From Thermoanaerobaculia bacterium (GTDB lineage Bacteria > Acidobacteriota > Thermoanaerobaculia > UBA5066), in contig CAWFJJ010000030.1 in NCBI GenBank assembly GCA_963816185.1, forward strand, positions 1-64,000: a DNA stretch of 64,000 nucleotides, written 5' to 3'. The stretch's first letter is position 1. Each line of letters opens with the position of its first letter. This document shows positions 42,281-54,590 of this stretch, one piece after another. The notes under the pieces were generated by a model. That model saw nothing but the letters and a program-made list of their open reading frames with translations. It had not been told where the DNA came from and searched no databases. The position numbers and the translations under genes are program-made.

Positions 42281-42480
42281 AATCCTTCTCCTACTAAAGC
42301 TTTAATCCGAAAAGTTTTTATTTTATCGAGACAAAATTGGGAAAGGGGACAAACGGGGAAAGTCGAACTCGAAAATCGGCTTTTTGGTTTCGAAATTAAG
42401 TGTTAGGGGTTTTTCTTTCTCTCGAAACTTGAAACTCGAAACTCGAAACTTGTTTTTTACCCTTTTACCCTTTTCGCCTT

Positions 42481-42885
42481 TTACCCCATGTTTTTAAGAC
42501 GGCTTTCACCCAGGGTTTCCAGGCGGGCCTTGACTTCTTTAATTATCGCGGCCAGGGCCTGGCCATCACCCGGCGTCACCAGGGAGCGTCCCAGGCGGTC
42601 GGCCTCCAGGCCGATCTCTTCCAGATAGCCCTGGACATATTTCACCCGGCCCCCCAGGCGGCGGCTGCCATCCTCGTAACGGCAGGAGGCCTCAGCGCAG
42701 CCGATGACCCAGACCAGGTCCACCGGGGTCGCCAGGGTGCGGAGCATCTGAAAAGACTCCACCTTGCTGCTGCAAGGCTCCGACAGCACCCGCAGGCGGG
42801 CCTGGCCCTTCCCCCATTTGGCCTTGAGGACTTCCGGGTCCGGCACCGCTTGCTGACAGGCGTAAATCACCACTTCCATTGCCAT
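42481..42885 (-). CDS. MvhD/FlpD-like [2Fe-2S] subunit
   Basis: YAC...PCSSKV...VIGC..SCRY..G...IGLEADRL pattern. Confidence 0.75.
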   Translation of the reverse strand: MAMEVVIYACQQAVPDPEVLKAKWGKGQARLRVLSEPCSSKVESFQMLRTLATPVDLVWVIGCAEASCRYEDGSRRLGGRVKYVQGYLEEIGLEADRLGRSLVTPGDGQALAAIIKEVKARLETLGESRLKNMG

Positions 42886-43156
42886 AGATTTTTGCCTCAA
42901 GGGGCCGGAAAGCGCCGGCTCCAGCGAAATGCAGGCCAGGGAGGGCCTCCCTCCCTGGCCGCGAGAGAAATCGATTAATTATGCCATACAAGAATAAGAA
43001 TTGCAACAGTTTGCGGTGCGCCGTTGCCATTCCTTAGAGCCACAATAATGTCAACTTTTATGTCATTCTGAGCCAGGTCGGCGGATAAGCAACCCGGTTC
43101 CGATGCGGCCCTCAGTTGACCTCTTCCCGGGGCACAGCTCCAGCGGCGAATGCCCC

Positions 43157-43543
43157 TTACTTGCCCGCCCGGCTCTTCCTTTCGTCAATGTCGCCGGGGT
43201 ACATCACCGCGTCGTGGCCCCGCTCCCGGGTGCGGATGCGGATCACTTCATCCACCGGATAGACGAAGATGAGGCCGTCGCCCGCTTCGCCGGTATAGGC
43301 CGCCTTCATGATGGTGTCGAGGACTTCGTCCAGGTTCTGTTCGCTCAGGACGATATTTACCTGGATCTTGGGGAGCAGGTCCACCTGGTAGCTGCCGGAG
43401 CGGCCCGCCAGGCTGATGCCGCCCTGGCGGCCGTGGCCGCGAATCTCAAAGACGTTCAGCCCCACGATGCCCATCTCCTTCAGGGCCTCCTTGACATCGT
43501 TGAGCTTGTCTTCCCGAATGATGGCTTCGACTTTCTTTAACAT
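43157..43543 (-). CDS. glnK: P-II nitrogen regulator
   Basis: KKVEAIIR, GHGRQGG, T-loop Y, LLPK, TGEAGDG, IRIRT; adjacent to amt. Confidence 0.92.
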   Translation of the reverse strand: MLKKVEAIIREDKLNDVKEALKEMGIVGLNVFEIRGHGRQGGISLAGRSGSYQVDLLPKIQVNIVLSEQNLDEVLDTIMKAAYTGEAGDGLIFVYPVDEVIRIRTRERGHDAVMYPGDIDERKSRAGK

Positions 43544-43624
43544 AACAGCCTCGTGTTTGTAGCCGCAGGCTTTAGCCTGCGCTGGATGCCGCAAATCTGT
43601 GATTTAGCTGAAAGCTGACAGCTC

Positions 43625-44851
<1,227 letters not shown>

Positions 44852-44987
44852 AACTTTTCCCTATTTGTCTGCACAATTGTCAGAAAGGCGCAAACCAATC
44901 CTAAACGTAGGCCAGGGAAATTTCCCTGGCCTGCGTTTTCGGGTTAACTTATCGGTTATTTTGATTAAACGGCTAGTCTGCCGGCCA

Positions 44988-46325
44988 TTACATGATCGGC
45001 AGATATTTCTCAATCTCGTAGGCGCTTACGTGAGTCCGGAAGGCGTCCCACTCGATCTTCTTGTTCTCGATGAACTTGTTGAAGATGTGCTCGCCCAGGG
45101 CTTCCTTCACCACGGCGCTCTTTTCGACCTCGAGCACCGCCTCATAGAGGCTGCCGGGCAGTTCCTGAATGCCCAGCTTGGCCCGTTCGGCGGCGGACAG
45201 ATGGTAAATGTCCACTTCCACCGGCTCGGCCAGCTTGTAGTTCTTTTCGATGCCCGTGAGGCCCGCGGTGATCATCGAGGCGAAGGCGAGATACGGGTTG
45301 CAGGCCGGGTCCGGGGCGCGGTATTCGCAACGGGTGGCGGCCTCTTTGCCGGGTTTGTACATCGGCACCCGCACCAGGGCGGAACGGTTGCGGCGGGACC
45401 AGGCCACGTAGACCGGGGCCTCGTAGCCCGGCACCAGGCGCTTGTAGGAGTTGACCCACTGGCTGCAGATGCCGGTGATTTCCCGGGCGTGCTTCAGCAG
45501 GCCGGCGATATAGCATTTGGCTTCGGCGGACAGATTATACTGGTCGCTGGCATCGTGGAAGGCGTTCTTGTTGCCCTTGAAGAAGGACTGGTGGGTGTGC
45601 ATGCCGCTGCCGTTGATCCCGAAGATCGGTTTCGGCATGAAGGTGGCATAGACCCCGTTGATCATGGCGATGGACTTGACCGTGGCCCGCATGGTCATGA
45701 CCTTGTCGGCCATGGCCATGGCTTCGTCATAGCGCATGTCGATTTCGTGCTGGGACGCGGCCACTTCGTGATGGCTGTACTCCACCCGGATGCCCAGTTT
45801 CTCCATGGCGAAGATGGTGTGGCGCCTCAGGTCGTTGGCCAAATCCAGGGGCGCTGAGTCGAAATAACCGCCGGTGTCCAGGATCTCAGTGCCGGTGTTA
45901 TCCGCAAAGTAAAAGTATTCCAACTCCGGACCCAGGTAAGAGGTGTAGCCCTTCTCCGCCGCCTTGGCCAGCACGCGCTTCAGGGCATAGCGGGGGTCGC
46001 CGGGATAGGGGGAGCCGTCGGGCTGCAGGATGTCGCAGAACATCCGGGCCACCGGCCGCTCATCCGGGCGCCAGGGCAGGATCTGGAAGGTGTTGGGGTC
46101 GGGCTTGGCGATCATGTCGCTTTCTTGAATGCGGGCAAATCCCTCAATGGAGGAAGCGTCGAACCCCATGCCTTCGGTCATAGCCTCTTCCAGCTCGGAA
46201 GGGCGGATAGCAAAACTCTTCATTACTCCCAAAATGTCCGAGAACCAGATCTGGATAAAGCTGACTTCCTTGTCCCGAACGGCCTTGAAAACATCTTCTA
46301 CCGTCTGGCAGGTATGACAGTGCAC
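44988..46325 (-). CDS. glnA: Glutamine synthetase type I
   Basis: FDASSI, HHEV, TFMPKP, NGSGMH, NSYKRLVPGYEAP, EYRAPD. Confidence 0.96.
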   Translation of the reverse strand: MHCHTCQTVEDVFKAVRDKEVSFIQIWFSDILGVMKSFAIRPSELEEAMTEGMGFDASSIEGFARIQESDMIAKPDPNTFQILPWRPDERPVARMFCDILQPDGSPYPGDPRYALKRVLAKAAEKGYTSYLGPELEYFYFADNTGTEILDTGGYFDSAPLDLANDLRRHTIFAMEKLGIRVEYSHHEVAASQHEIDMRYDEAMAMADKVMTMRATVKSIAMINGVYATFMPKPIFGINGSGMHTHQSFFKGNKNAFHDASDQYNLSAEAKCYIAGLLKHAREITGICSQWVNSYKRLVPGYEAPVYVAWSRRNRSALVRVPMYKPGKEAATRCEYRAPDPACNPYLAFASMITAGLTGIEKNYKLAEPVEVDIYHLSAAERAKLGIQELPGSLYEAVLEVEKSAVVKEALGEHIFNKFIENKKIEWDAFRTHVSAYEIEKYLPIM

Positions 46326-46363
46326 GTTAATCCTCCTGAGAATAAGATTATTTAGTTCAATCC

Positions 46364-46466
46364 AGCAATTTTTATACCAAAACTGTTTTTAAGTAAAGTC
46401 AATGACTTAGCTAAATGCAGCTTACATATTTGTAGAAAATCGGCATTCTGTGCTTACAAGTTTGTA
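46364..46466 (-). promoter_or_regulatory. sigma54 promoter of glnA with IHF-like site and two TACA-N4-TGTA boxes
   Basis: TTGGTATAAAAATTGCT (46364-46380); AGTCAATGACTTA (46397-46409); TACAtattTGTA (46423-46434); TACAagttTGTA (46455-46466). Confidence 0.8.
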
Positions 46467-46743
46467 CGTTTTGGCGAGACCAACAGCTAATCTCCCGGCT
46501 CTCTGGGCACCGCGGACCACCAGCGAAGATGAAATTGGGAAGAGTGGAAAAAATCGGTTGAGACGAGACCCGGTTTGCTTCTCCAGGAAAACTAAAGTTC
46601 TCCCGGCTGCTTCTATTGGTCTTTTACTTTAATCATTGGCCGCACCACAAACAACCGGGGGAAGGATTTTTCTGAAAAAAATTCTCCCTTTAACTCGTTC
46701 CCAAGTGCAACTTGGTGAACGAGAAAAAAGGGCGGGGGTACCA

Positions 46744-46779
46744 AAAAGGCGGAGGGACCGCTTAGCGGCCCCTCCGCCC
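46744..46779 (-). terminator. Intrinsic terminator of the NifA-like gene
   Basis: AAAAA GGCGGAGGG-accgcttagcgg-CCCCTCCGCC. Confidence 0.65.
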
Positions 46780-46808
46780 GATGAGCTGCTGGGAATTTTG
46801 TGGTCAGT

Positions 46809-48332
46809 TTAACTCAAGCCGGCCCGGAAGCTCCGGGTTTCGATGCTGTACTGCTTGATCTTGTAGCCCAGGATCCTGAGGCTGGTGTCCAGCAGATGCG
46901 CCGCCTTGCTCTGGTTGCCCCGGGTCTGGCGCAGGGCCTCGGTGATCAGCTCTTTCTCCAATTTCTCCACCTGGGAGGCCAGGCCGCTGGTGGCGGAGGC
47001 GCCGGGCTCCTGACGCTGCAAAGAAGCCGGCAGGTGCACGCTGAGGATGGTGTCCTCATCGCAGACCAGCACGGCCCGCTCGATGATGTTTTCCAGTTCC
47101 CGGACGTTGCCGGGCCAGGGATATTGCATCAGCAGGTCCAGGGCCGGAGCCGACAGGCGTTTCACCGGTTTCTGGTGCTCCGTGGCGTACTTGCCGAGAA
47201 AATGGTCCGCCAGTAAGGGAATATCGGCCATGCGCTCCCGGAGGGGCGGCAGATAGATGGGAAAGACGTTGAGGCGGTAGTACAGGTCCTCCCGAAAGGT
47301 GGCCTTGGCCAAGGCCTGCTCCAAATCCCGGTGGGTGGCGGCCAGCAGCCGGACGTCGGCCTTCAGGGTGGCGGTGCCGCCCAGACGGGTGAACTCCCGC
47401 TCCTGGATGACCCGCAGCAGCTTGAGCTGGACGTTGGGGCTCAGGTCGCCGATTTCGTCCAGGAAGATGGTGCCGCCCTGGGCCAGCTCGAAGCGGCCCT
47501 GCTTGCGCTGCAAGGCCCCGGTGAAGGCGCCCCGTTCGTGGCCGAAGAGCTCGCTCTCCACCAGGGTCTCGGGCAGGGCGGCCACGTTGACCTTGATGAA
47601 GGGCTTGTCGGCCCGGAGGCTGTTGTAATGGACGGCCGAGGCCACCATTTCCTTGCCGGTGCCGGATTCGCCGCGGATGAGGATGGTGGCGTTGCTCTTG
47701 GCCACCCGGTCGATCATCTCGAAGACCTGGCGCATGCGCCCCGAGGTGCCGATGATGTTGCCCATCTGGTAGCGCTCCTGCAACTGGCCTTTCAATTTCA
47801 AGTTCTCGTTTTGGAGACGCTCTTTCTCCCGGTCGATGAGCAGCAGGTTGTTGACCGTCTGGGCGATGATGGAGGCGATGATGGTGAGCAGCCGCAGGTC
47901 GTGGTCCAGGTCCAGTTCCCGGTGCAGGCGGTCCACCGACAGGGCCCCGATGGTCTGGTGGTTGATCTTGACGGGCACGCAGATAAAGGAGATTTCGTCC
48001 TTCTCCCGGGTGCCCCGGGAGCGGGTGCGGTTCAGAAATAAGGGCTCCTGGCTGACCACCGGGACCACCGCGGGCTCGCCGGTCTCCACCACCCGGCCGG
48101 TGATGCCCTCCCCCAATTTGTAGCGGCCGCGTTTGCGGGCCTCGGCGGTGAGGCCCTGGGCCACCTCGATCTGCAGCTCCGTGGTTTCGGGGTTGAGGAT
48201 GGAGATGGTTCCCCGGCGCATGCCCATGCGTTGGGCCAGGATCTGCAAAATCCGCTGCAAAGTCTTGGGCAGGGGGCCCGGGGCACTCAAGGTATCGGTA
48301 ATCTCGTAAAGCAGGGTCAATTCGTCATTCAT
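46809..48332 (-). CDS. NifA-like sigma54 activator (GAF-AAA+-HTH)
   Basis: YKLGEGITG, SFICVP GAF; GESGTGKE, GAFTGA, Fis HTH. Confidence 0.93.
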   Translation of the reverse strand: MNDELTLLYEITDTLSAPGPLPKTLQRILQILAQRMGMRRGTISILNPETTELQIEVAQGLTAEARKRGRYKLGEGITGRVVETGEPAVVPVVSQEPLFLNRTRSRGTREKDEISFICVPVKINHQTIGALSVDRLHRELDLDHDLRLLTIIASIIAQTVNNLLLIDREKERLQNENLKLKGQLQERYQMGNIIGTSGRMRQVFEMIDRVAKSNATILIRGESGTGKEMVASAVHYNSLRADKPFIKVNVAALPETLVESELFGHERGAFTGALQRKQGRFELAQGGTIFLDEIGDLSPNVQLKLLRVIQEREFTRLGGTATLKADVRLLAATHRDLEQALAKATFREDLYYRLNVFPIYLPPLRERMADIPLLADHFLGKYATEHQKPVKRLSAPALDLLMQYPWPGNVRELENIIERAVLVCDEDTILSVHLPASLQRQEPGASATSGLASQVEKLEKELITEALRQTRGNQSKAAHLLDTSLRILGYKIKQYSIETRSFRAGLS

Positions 48333-48594
48333 GCGGTTTACCTGAAGGGTATATTTTGAACTGATTTGTTATTCATTTTCGTTTATTTTAGGGTAGATTG
48401 CAAACAAATTATTACGAAAATGTATCACGTATAAACTTTTGAGACATTTTGAGAATATTCCGGGGGGATAGGGTGCCGCTCCGCCCGGTCTTGAAGCAGA
48501 GAGGCCGGGCTTTCTCCTTGACACTCTCCCGATACATGGTTAATTTTAAACACTTAAGATACCCAATTAATTATTTCGGGCGCGCGGGCCTCGC

Positions 48595-49381
48595 ATGCGG
48601 AACAGATTCTTCTACCAGACCGGCCATTCGGTCATGGGCTTCGTGGATTACATGGGCGACCTGGCCCTGTTTTTCTTGGATGCCTGCCGCACCCTGCCGC
48701 ACCCGCCCTGGTTTTTCCGGGAGATTATCGCCCAGATGTACCACCTGGGGGTGAAGTCCTTCTCCCTGGTGGCGGTGGCCTCCCTGGCCCTGGGCCTGGT
48801 CCTGGCCATGCAGGGGGTCATCGTCTTGACCATGTTCGGGGCCACCAACTACATCGCCACCAGCGTGGCCTTCACTTTTTTCCGCGGTTTGGGGCCGATT
48901 TTGGCGGGCATCATGTTGGCCTCCCGGGGCGGCGCCGGCATCGGCGCGGAGATCGGCTCCATGCGGGTGACCCACCAGATCGACGCCCTCACCGTCTCGG
49001 CGGTCAACCCCATGAAGTACCTGGTGGTCACCCGCATCGTCGCCTGCATGTTGGTGATGCCCCTGTTGACCATCGCCGCCAATCTCATCGGCATCCTGGG
49101 AGGAATGTTCATCGGCGTCTTCCAGGTGGGCATGACCTCCACCTATTACTACACCCTGACCATCAAGTACCTGAGCTTGCGGGATGTGCTTGCCGGGGAT
49201 CTTCAAGACCTGCGTCTTCGGCGTCATCATCGGCACCGTAGCCTGTTTCCACGGCTACTCCACCGAACACGGCACCTTTGGGGTGGGCCAGTCCACCAAG
49301 ACCTCGGTGGTGGCGGCTATTATACTGATCCTGGTTTCCGATGTCTTACTCACCAAACTCATCCTCATCCTCTGGCCTTAA
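48595..49381 (+). CDS. mlaE: MlaE-family ABC permease (frameshifted)
   Basis: LGPILAG...GAEIGSMRVTHQIDAL, P.KYLV..R, GVGQST..SVV. Confidence 0.9.
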
Positions 49382-49400
49382 CGCCGAGGAGGCCCCCAGG

Positions 49401-50174
49401 CTGACGGCGGCGCCCGGCGCCCCGTTGATTGCCTTTCGGGGCATCCATAAGGCCTTTGGGGATAACGTCGTGCTTGCGGGGGTGGACCTGGAGGTCTTCC
49501 CCGGGGAGACCGTAACGGTCATGGGTCGCAGCGGTTCCGGCAAAACCGTCTTGACCAGCATGCTGGTGGGGCTCAATCTCCCGGATCAGGGTTCCATCCA
49601 GTTCGCCGGCCTGGAGGTCACCCAGTTCAAGACCGACTCCGACTGGCGCGACCTGCGCCTCAAAACCGGTTATCTCTTCCAGGGCTCCGCCCTGTATGAT
49701 TCCATGACGGTGGGGGAGAACGTGGCCTTTCCCATGGTGCAGCACACCGACTGGAGCGAGGCGGAGATCGCCCGGCGGGTGGCCGAGAAGCTGGACCAGG
49801 TGGGCCTGGCCGGCACCGAACCCATGGAGACTACCGAACTTTCCGGCGGCATGCAGCGCCGGGCGGCCCTGGCCCGCAGCCTGGCCCTGGACCCGGAGAT
49901 CATCATTTATGACGAACCCTCGGCGGGACTGGACCCGATTACTGCCGATGAGATCGGTCATTTGATGCGGCGCCTGCAACAGGCCCTCAAGGTTACCTCC
50001 ATCGTGGTCACCCATGATCTCCGTCTGGCGCAGTTGGTGGCCGACCGCCTGGCCCTGCTGCATGAGGCCCGCTGGGCCTTTCAGGGCACCTATGACGAAT
50101 TTCTCCAGTCCTCCCATCCGGAGGTGCTGCGTTTTCTCCACAAGGAGCCGCCCCAGGAGGATAAGGCGACATGA
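49401..50174 (+). CDS. mlaF: MlaF-family ABC ATPase (start uncertain)
   Basis: GRSGSGKT, LSGGM, YDEP.AGLDP, VTHD. Confidence 0.9.
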   Translation: MTAAPGAPLIAFRGIHKAFGDNVVLAGVDLEVFPGETVTVMGRSGSGKTVLTSMLVGLNLPDQGSIQFAGLEVTQFKTDSDWRDLRLKTGYLFQGSALYDSMTVGENVAFPMVQHTDWSEAEIARRVAEKLDQVGLAGTEPMETTELSGGMQRRAALARSLALDPEIIIYDEPSAGLDPITADEIGHLMRRLQQALKVTSIVVTHDLRLAQLVADRLALLHEARWAFQGTYDEFLQSSHPEVLRFLHKEPPQEDKAT

Positions 50175-51186
50175 TTTCCCGAAGATATGAAACCATCGTG
50201 GGCATGTTTGTGGTGGCCTCCCTGGTGGCCCTCCTGATCATGGTGCTCATCATCGCCCGCCAGGAAGGGCTGTTTCAGCAATATGTGGAGTACCGGGTGA
50301 TTTTCAGCAACGTCAGCGGGCTTAAGGTCGGCTCCGAAGTCCACCTGGCCGGGGTGACGGTGGGCAACGTCAAGGAAATCATCATTACCCCCAAAGGCAA
50401 TTCCATGGTGACCTTCCAAGTCATCAAGAAATACAGCGACCGGGTCCGGCAGGATTCCCAGGCTTCCATCGGCTTTATGGGGCTGCTGGGGGAAAAGAGC
50501 CTGGACCTGACGGCGGGCTCTCCCGCTAGCTCGCCGATTCCCCCGGAGGGGCTGGTGGCTTCGGTAGAGCCCCTGGACATCACCCAGCTGCTGGCCAAGG
50601 CCGGCCCCAGCCTGGAGAACCTGCAAAAAATCCTCAGTAACCTGGCCACCCTCACCGATTCTCTGGTGGGCAAAGAAGGTGGGATGGACTAAGACGCATC
50701 GATGCAATCCAGGAGATTATGAATAAGATCAACACCGGCCAAGGCAGCCTGGGCTTGCTGGTCAACGATCCGAAGCTCTACCAGGATACTAAAGAAACCA
50801 TTGCCAAGATCTGGAAGGTCTTTATCGATGTGGAGAAGGGTACGGGGGCGATGGGCATCCTGATCAACGATCCCAAGTTCAAGGCCCAGATGCAAAGGAC
50901 TATGGAAAACCTCGAGGGCAGCACGGTGATTCTGAGCAAGAGTTCCGCCGATGTTAAGGAAACCACGGTACGGCTGCCGGAGATTTCCAAGAAATTGGAT
51001 GATTTCATGACCGATCTGAAAAAGGCCGGCCAGAGTCTGCCGGGACTGGTAACTTCCGGCGAGACCACTCTCAGTGATGTGGATAAGATCTCCAAGGCGG
51101 CCCAGAAGTCCTGGCTGCTCCGGAAAAATGTGCCGCAGCCCAAGGAGCGCACCATCCGGATGGATGCCGATCCGGGAAAGGATTGA
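50171..51186 (+). CDS. mlaD: MlaD/MCE protein with long helical tail (frameshifted near 50690)
   Basis: VSGLKVGSEV.LAGV.VG.V, GLLGEK; GQGSLGLLVND repeats. Confidence 0.85.
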
Positions 51187-52050
51187 GCATGCCTGGATAC
51201 GGGCGTTGGTTATTGATGCTTTGCCTGGTGGCCTGGGGCTGCGCTTCGGCGCCAACCAAGGAGAACTTGCAGAGCCAGGCGGTGTCCCTGAACGACCAGG
51301 GATATCAGTATTATCGCCAGAGCCGCTTCAACGTGGCCGCAGGCAAGTTCGCCGAGGCCCTGAAGCTCAACCGCCTCATCGACCGCCGGGTGGGCATCGC
51401 CGCCAACCTCAACAACCTGGGGGTCATCGCCCAGGAGCAGGGCGACCCGAAGCAGGCCGTGGTTTACTTCCAGGAAGCCCTGGAGATCAACCGGCAACTG
51501 CAAGACCCCGCGGGCCTTTCCGAAACCCTGAACAACCTGGGACTGGTGTACCTCTCCCAGGGGCGGGTGAATGAAGCCCAGACGGCCTATCTGGAGGCCC
51601 TGGACCAGGCCCGGCTGCTGCCGCCGGGACCGTTGCTGGCCCTGTCCCTGACCCACCTGGGGGATGTGGCCCGGGTCCGCAAGGATTATGATCTGGCCCT
51701 GAACTATTACCACCAGGCCCTGAGTAGTGGATGAAGACCGGAAAGACGCCCGGGGCCGGGCCCTGCGCTGGGAGCGGCTGGGGCGAACCTTCCTGGATCT
51801 AAAGGATTATGCCCGGGCCGACCTTTATCTGCGCGATGCCCTGCGGGACTTCCGCCGCCTGGAGGACACCGACGGCCTCGCCGACACCTTGAAGGACCTG
51901 ACCCGGTTGGCCCTGGCGCGGGGGGATAAGCCGGCGGCGGCCCTCAACGGCCAACTCCTGCTGGAGATCTACCAGGCCCGGGGCCAGGAGCAGGAGGTTA
52001 AAAAGTTAGAGGAATTATTGCAGGCCGGCGGCGTAAGCAGTAGCCAGTAG
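51183..52050 (+). CDS. TPR lipoprotein (frameshifted)
   Basis: AWGC lipobox; LNNLG TPR repeats across ORFs 51183 and 51727. Confidence 0.8.
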
Positions 52051-52104
52051 GGCGGCCTGTGGCCGCCGAATTTCGGCTAATAACTCGGAACTCGAAACTC
52101 TTCG

Positions 52105-52716
52105 ATGGCTATCTTCCTCCACTGGATCAAACACGTCATCAAGACCTACGGCTACCTGGGGGTGTTCGGCTCCCAGATACTGGGCATGTTCGGCCTGCCG
52201 GTGCCGGACGAGACCATCCTGACCTTCACCGGCTTTCTCATCTTCAAAGGCATTATGCATCCCCTGCCGGCCTTCCTGGCCGCCTTCCTGGGCAGCATCG
52301 GCGGCATTACCCTGAACTACCTGGTGGGACGCTACATCGGCTTTCCTCTGCTGCACCGATACGGCGCTTATCTGCACCTTACCGACGAAAGGATCAACCA
52401 GTCCCATCGCTGGTTTGCCAGATACGGCAAATTTGCCTTATTTTTCGGCTATTTCTTCCCCGGACTGCGCCACCTGACGGCCTTTACCGCCGGCGCCTCC
52501 CGCCATGAGTTTCGGCAGTTCGCCCCCTACGCCTATAGCGGCGGCCTTTGCTGGGTGGCCATCTTCCTGATCCTGGGGTATTTCCTGGGGGAGGCGTGGC
52601 CTAAGATCGTCCCTCAGGTCCGGTCATATCTCTGGCTGGCGGTGGGAACGGTAGTCTTCCTGGTCTTGGGCTACTATTTAGGAGTACGCCTGCGAAATTC
52701 TGCCCGCCGCCAATGA
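52105..52716 (+). CDS. DedA family membrane protein
   Basis: GLPVPDE, Y.VGR..G, FFPGLRH. Confidence 0.9.
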   Translation: MAIFLHWIKHVIKTYGYLGVFGSQILGMFGLPVPDETILTFTGFLIFKGIMHPLPAFLAAFLGSIGGITLNYLVGRYIGFPLLHRYGAYLHLTDERINQSHRWFARYGKFALFFGYFFPGLRHLTAFTAGASRHEFRQFAPYAYSGGLCWVAIFLILGYFLGEAWPKIVPQVRSYLWLAVGTVVFLVLGYYLGVRLRNSARRQ

Positions 52717-53027
52717 GCCGGGCGGTGCTGCGATTTCCATCCAAGATATAGGGGCGGCTCGCGAGCCGCCCCTACTGGCTTCGCCAGAATTACTGCTCAC
52801 CACCCCCAAAATCAGGGTAAAAAGTAGCCAGATCTTCCTGGTACGGTGTCCATTCATCTTGGCCTCCCTTTTGGTGCGGATGGTCATAAACTTTTTCATA
52901 AATTAAACACCCGCGGAGGCGAGTCAATCGCTCTCAATAAAGCCTATCCTTCTGGACAAGTGTTGACTAAGGTCGGGCCGGTAACTACCTTAACTGAAAA
53001 CTGAAAACGCTACTGTGGAGGCGAACG

Positions 53028-54155
53028 ATGTTTGGGCGACGTGTGCGACTGTTCAAGCTCCTGGGTTTTGAGGTGCGCATCGATCTGAGTTGGCTGGTCA
53101 TTGCCGTGCTGGTGACCTGGTCCCTGGCAAAAGGGCTCTTTCCCTCCTATTACCCGGACCTGGATACAGAGGTTTACTGGGGCATGGGAGTGGCCGGAGC
53201 CCTGGGTCTCTTTGCCTCCATCATCTTCCACGAATTTTGCCATTCCCTGGTGGCCCGCAAGTTCGGCATGCACATGAAGGGCATCACCCTGTTCATCTTC
53301 GGCGGGGTGGCGGAGATGGGGGACGAGCCTCCCACCGCCCGGGCCGAATTTCTCATGGCCCTGGCTGGGCCGGTCTCCAGCATTTTTCTCAGCGGCGTCT
53401 TTTATTGGCTTTACCAGTTGGGCCTCGGCGGCGACTGGAACCAGGCGATCAGCGGGGTGCTGGGCTATCTCTCCATGATTAACGCCTTGCTGGCCGCCTT
53501 CAATCTCCTGCCGGCCTTTCCCCTGGATGGCGGCCGCATCCTGCGGTCGGTTCTCTGGGGAGTCAAACAGGACCTGCCCTGGGCCACCCGGATCTCGGCC
53601 GGGATCGGCTCCGCCTTCGCCATCCTCCTGATTTTCCTTGGTGTTATCTCGGTGCTCCAGGGCAACGTCATCGCCGGCCTCTGGTGGTTTCTGATCGGCC
53701 TGTTCCTTAGGGGCGCGGCCCAGATGTCCTATCAGCAGCTCCTGGTGACCCGGGCCCTGGAGGGCGAGCACATCAGCCGCTTTATGACCCGCAATCCCGT
53801 GACCGTGCCGCCCACGATCACGGTGGCCGAACTGGTGGAAAATTATCTCCTGCACCACCATTTCAAGATGTTTCCGGTAGTGGATGATGGACGCATCATC
53901 GGCTGCGTTACCACCAGGGACGTCAAGGCAATTCCCAGAGAGAAATGGGCTGAAGAGAGCGTGGGCGAGATCGCCGAAGGCTGCCCTCCGGAGATCTTCA
54001 TCACCCCGGAGACCGACGCGGTCAAGGCCCTGGCCATTATGAATCAGACGGGCATGAGCCGCCTCTTGGTAACGGAAGGCGAGAAGTTGGTGGGGCTCCT
54101 GACCCTAAAAGACCTGTTGGCCTTCCTCTCCCTCAAGGTGGAATTGGAACGGTAG
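53028..54155 (+). CDS. Site-2 protease (M50) with CBS pair
   Basis: HEFCH, AGP, FNLLPAFPLDGG, two CBS domains. Confidence 0.93.
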   Translation: MFGRRVRLFKLLGFEVRIDLSWLVIAVLVTWSLAKGLFPSYYPDLDTEVYWGMGVAGALGLFASIIFHEFCHSLVARKFGMHMKGITLFIFGGVAEMGDEPPTARAEFLMALAGPVSSIFLSGVFYWLYQLGLGGDWNQAISGVLGYLSMINALLAAFNLLPAFPLDGGRILRSVLWGVKQDLPWATRISAGIGSAFAILLIFLGVISVLQGNVIAGLWWFLIGLFLRGAAQMSYQQLLVTRALEGEHISRFMTRNPVTVPPTITVAELVENYLLHHHFKMFPVVDDGRIIGCVTTRDVKAIPREKWAEESVGEIAEGCPPEIFITPETDAVKALAIMNQTGMSRLLVTEGEKLVGLLTLKDLLAFLSLKVELER

Positions 54156-54590
54156 AGTAACGTGGCACCGGCCTCCGGCCTGTGATGGCTCTAGGCTGGA
54201 AGCCTGCGCCACTAGCCCGCCGCCGCGCCCGGCGGCGTCACAATTTTCTTACCCTAAGCCAGGGAAAGCTGCCCGGAGTGAGCAACTCCACGGCCAGGCC
54301 CAGGGCGGCCTGGTCGGGGGCCGGTCTTTCGACCCGCACCACCAGGCCCCGGGAGCTTAAGCGCCCGGCCTGGCGCCGCTTATCACCGGGAGTTGCGGGG
54401 TTAATGCTGACCTTGCGGATCCGCCCATATCGGCTGTTTGCCCCTTTTTGATTAATCCGGGATGGATAAAAATGGGCAAAAAATTGGCCTCCCGGCCGGC
54501 TAAACATGACAACCGGCAAAAAATCATCTATAAATCATCCTTAGTGGAATCTTGGACCCCAATGAGTAAGGGCCACAGGGAGTTGCGCTG

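Noticed and set aside
46809-48332. Nitrogen fixation cluster implied by the NifA-like gene
   Set aside because: There are no nifHDK or cofactor genes in the window; the context is ammonia assimilation
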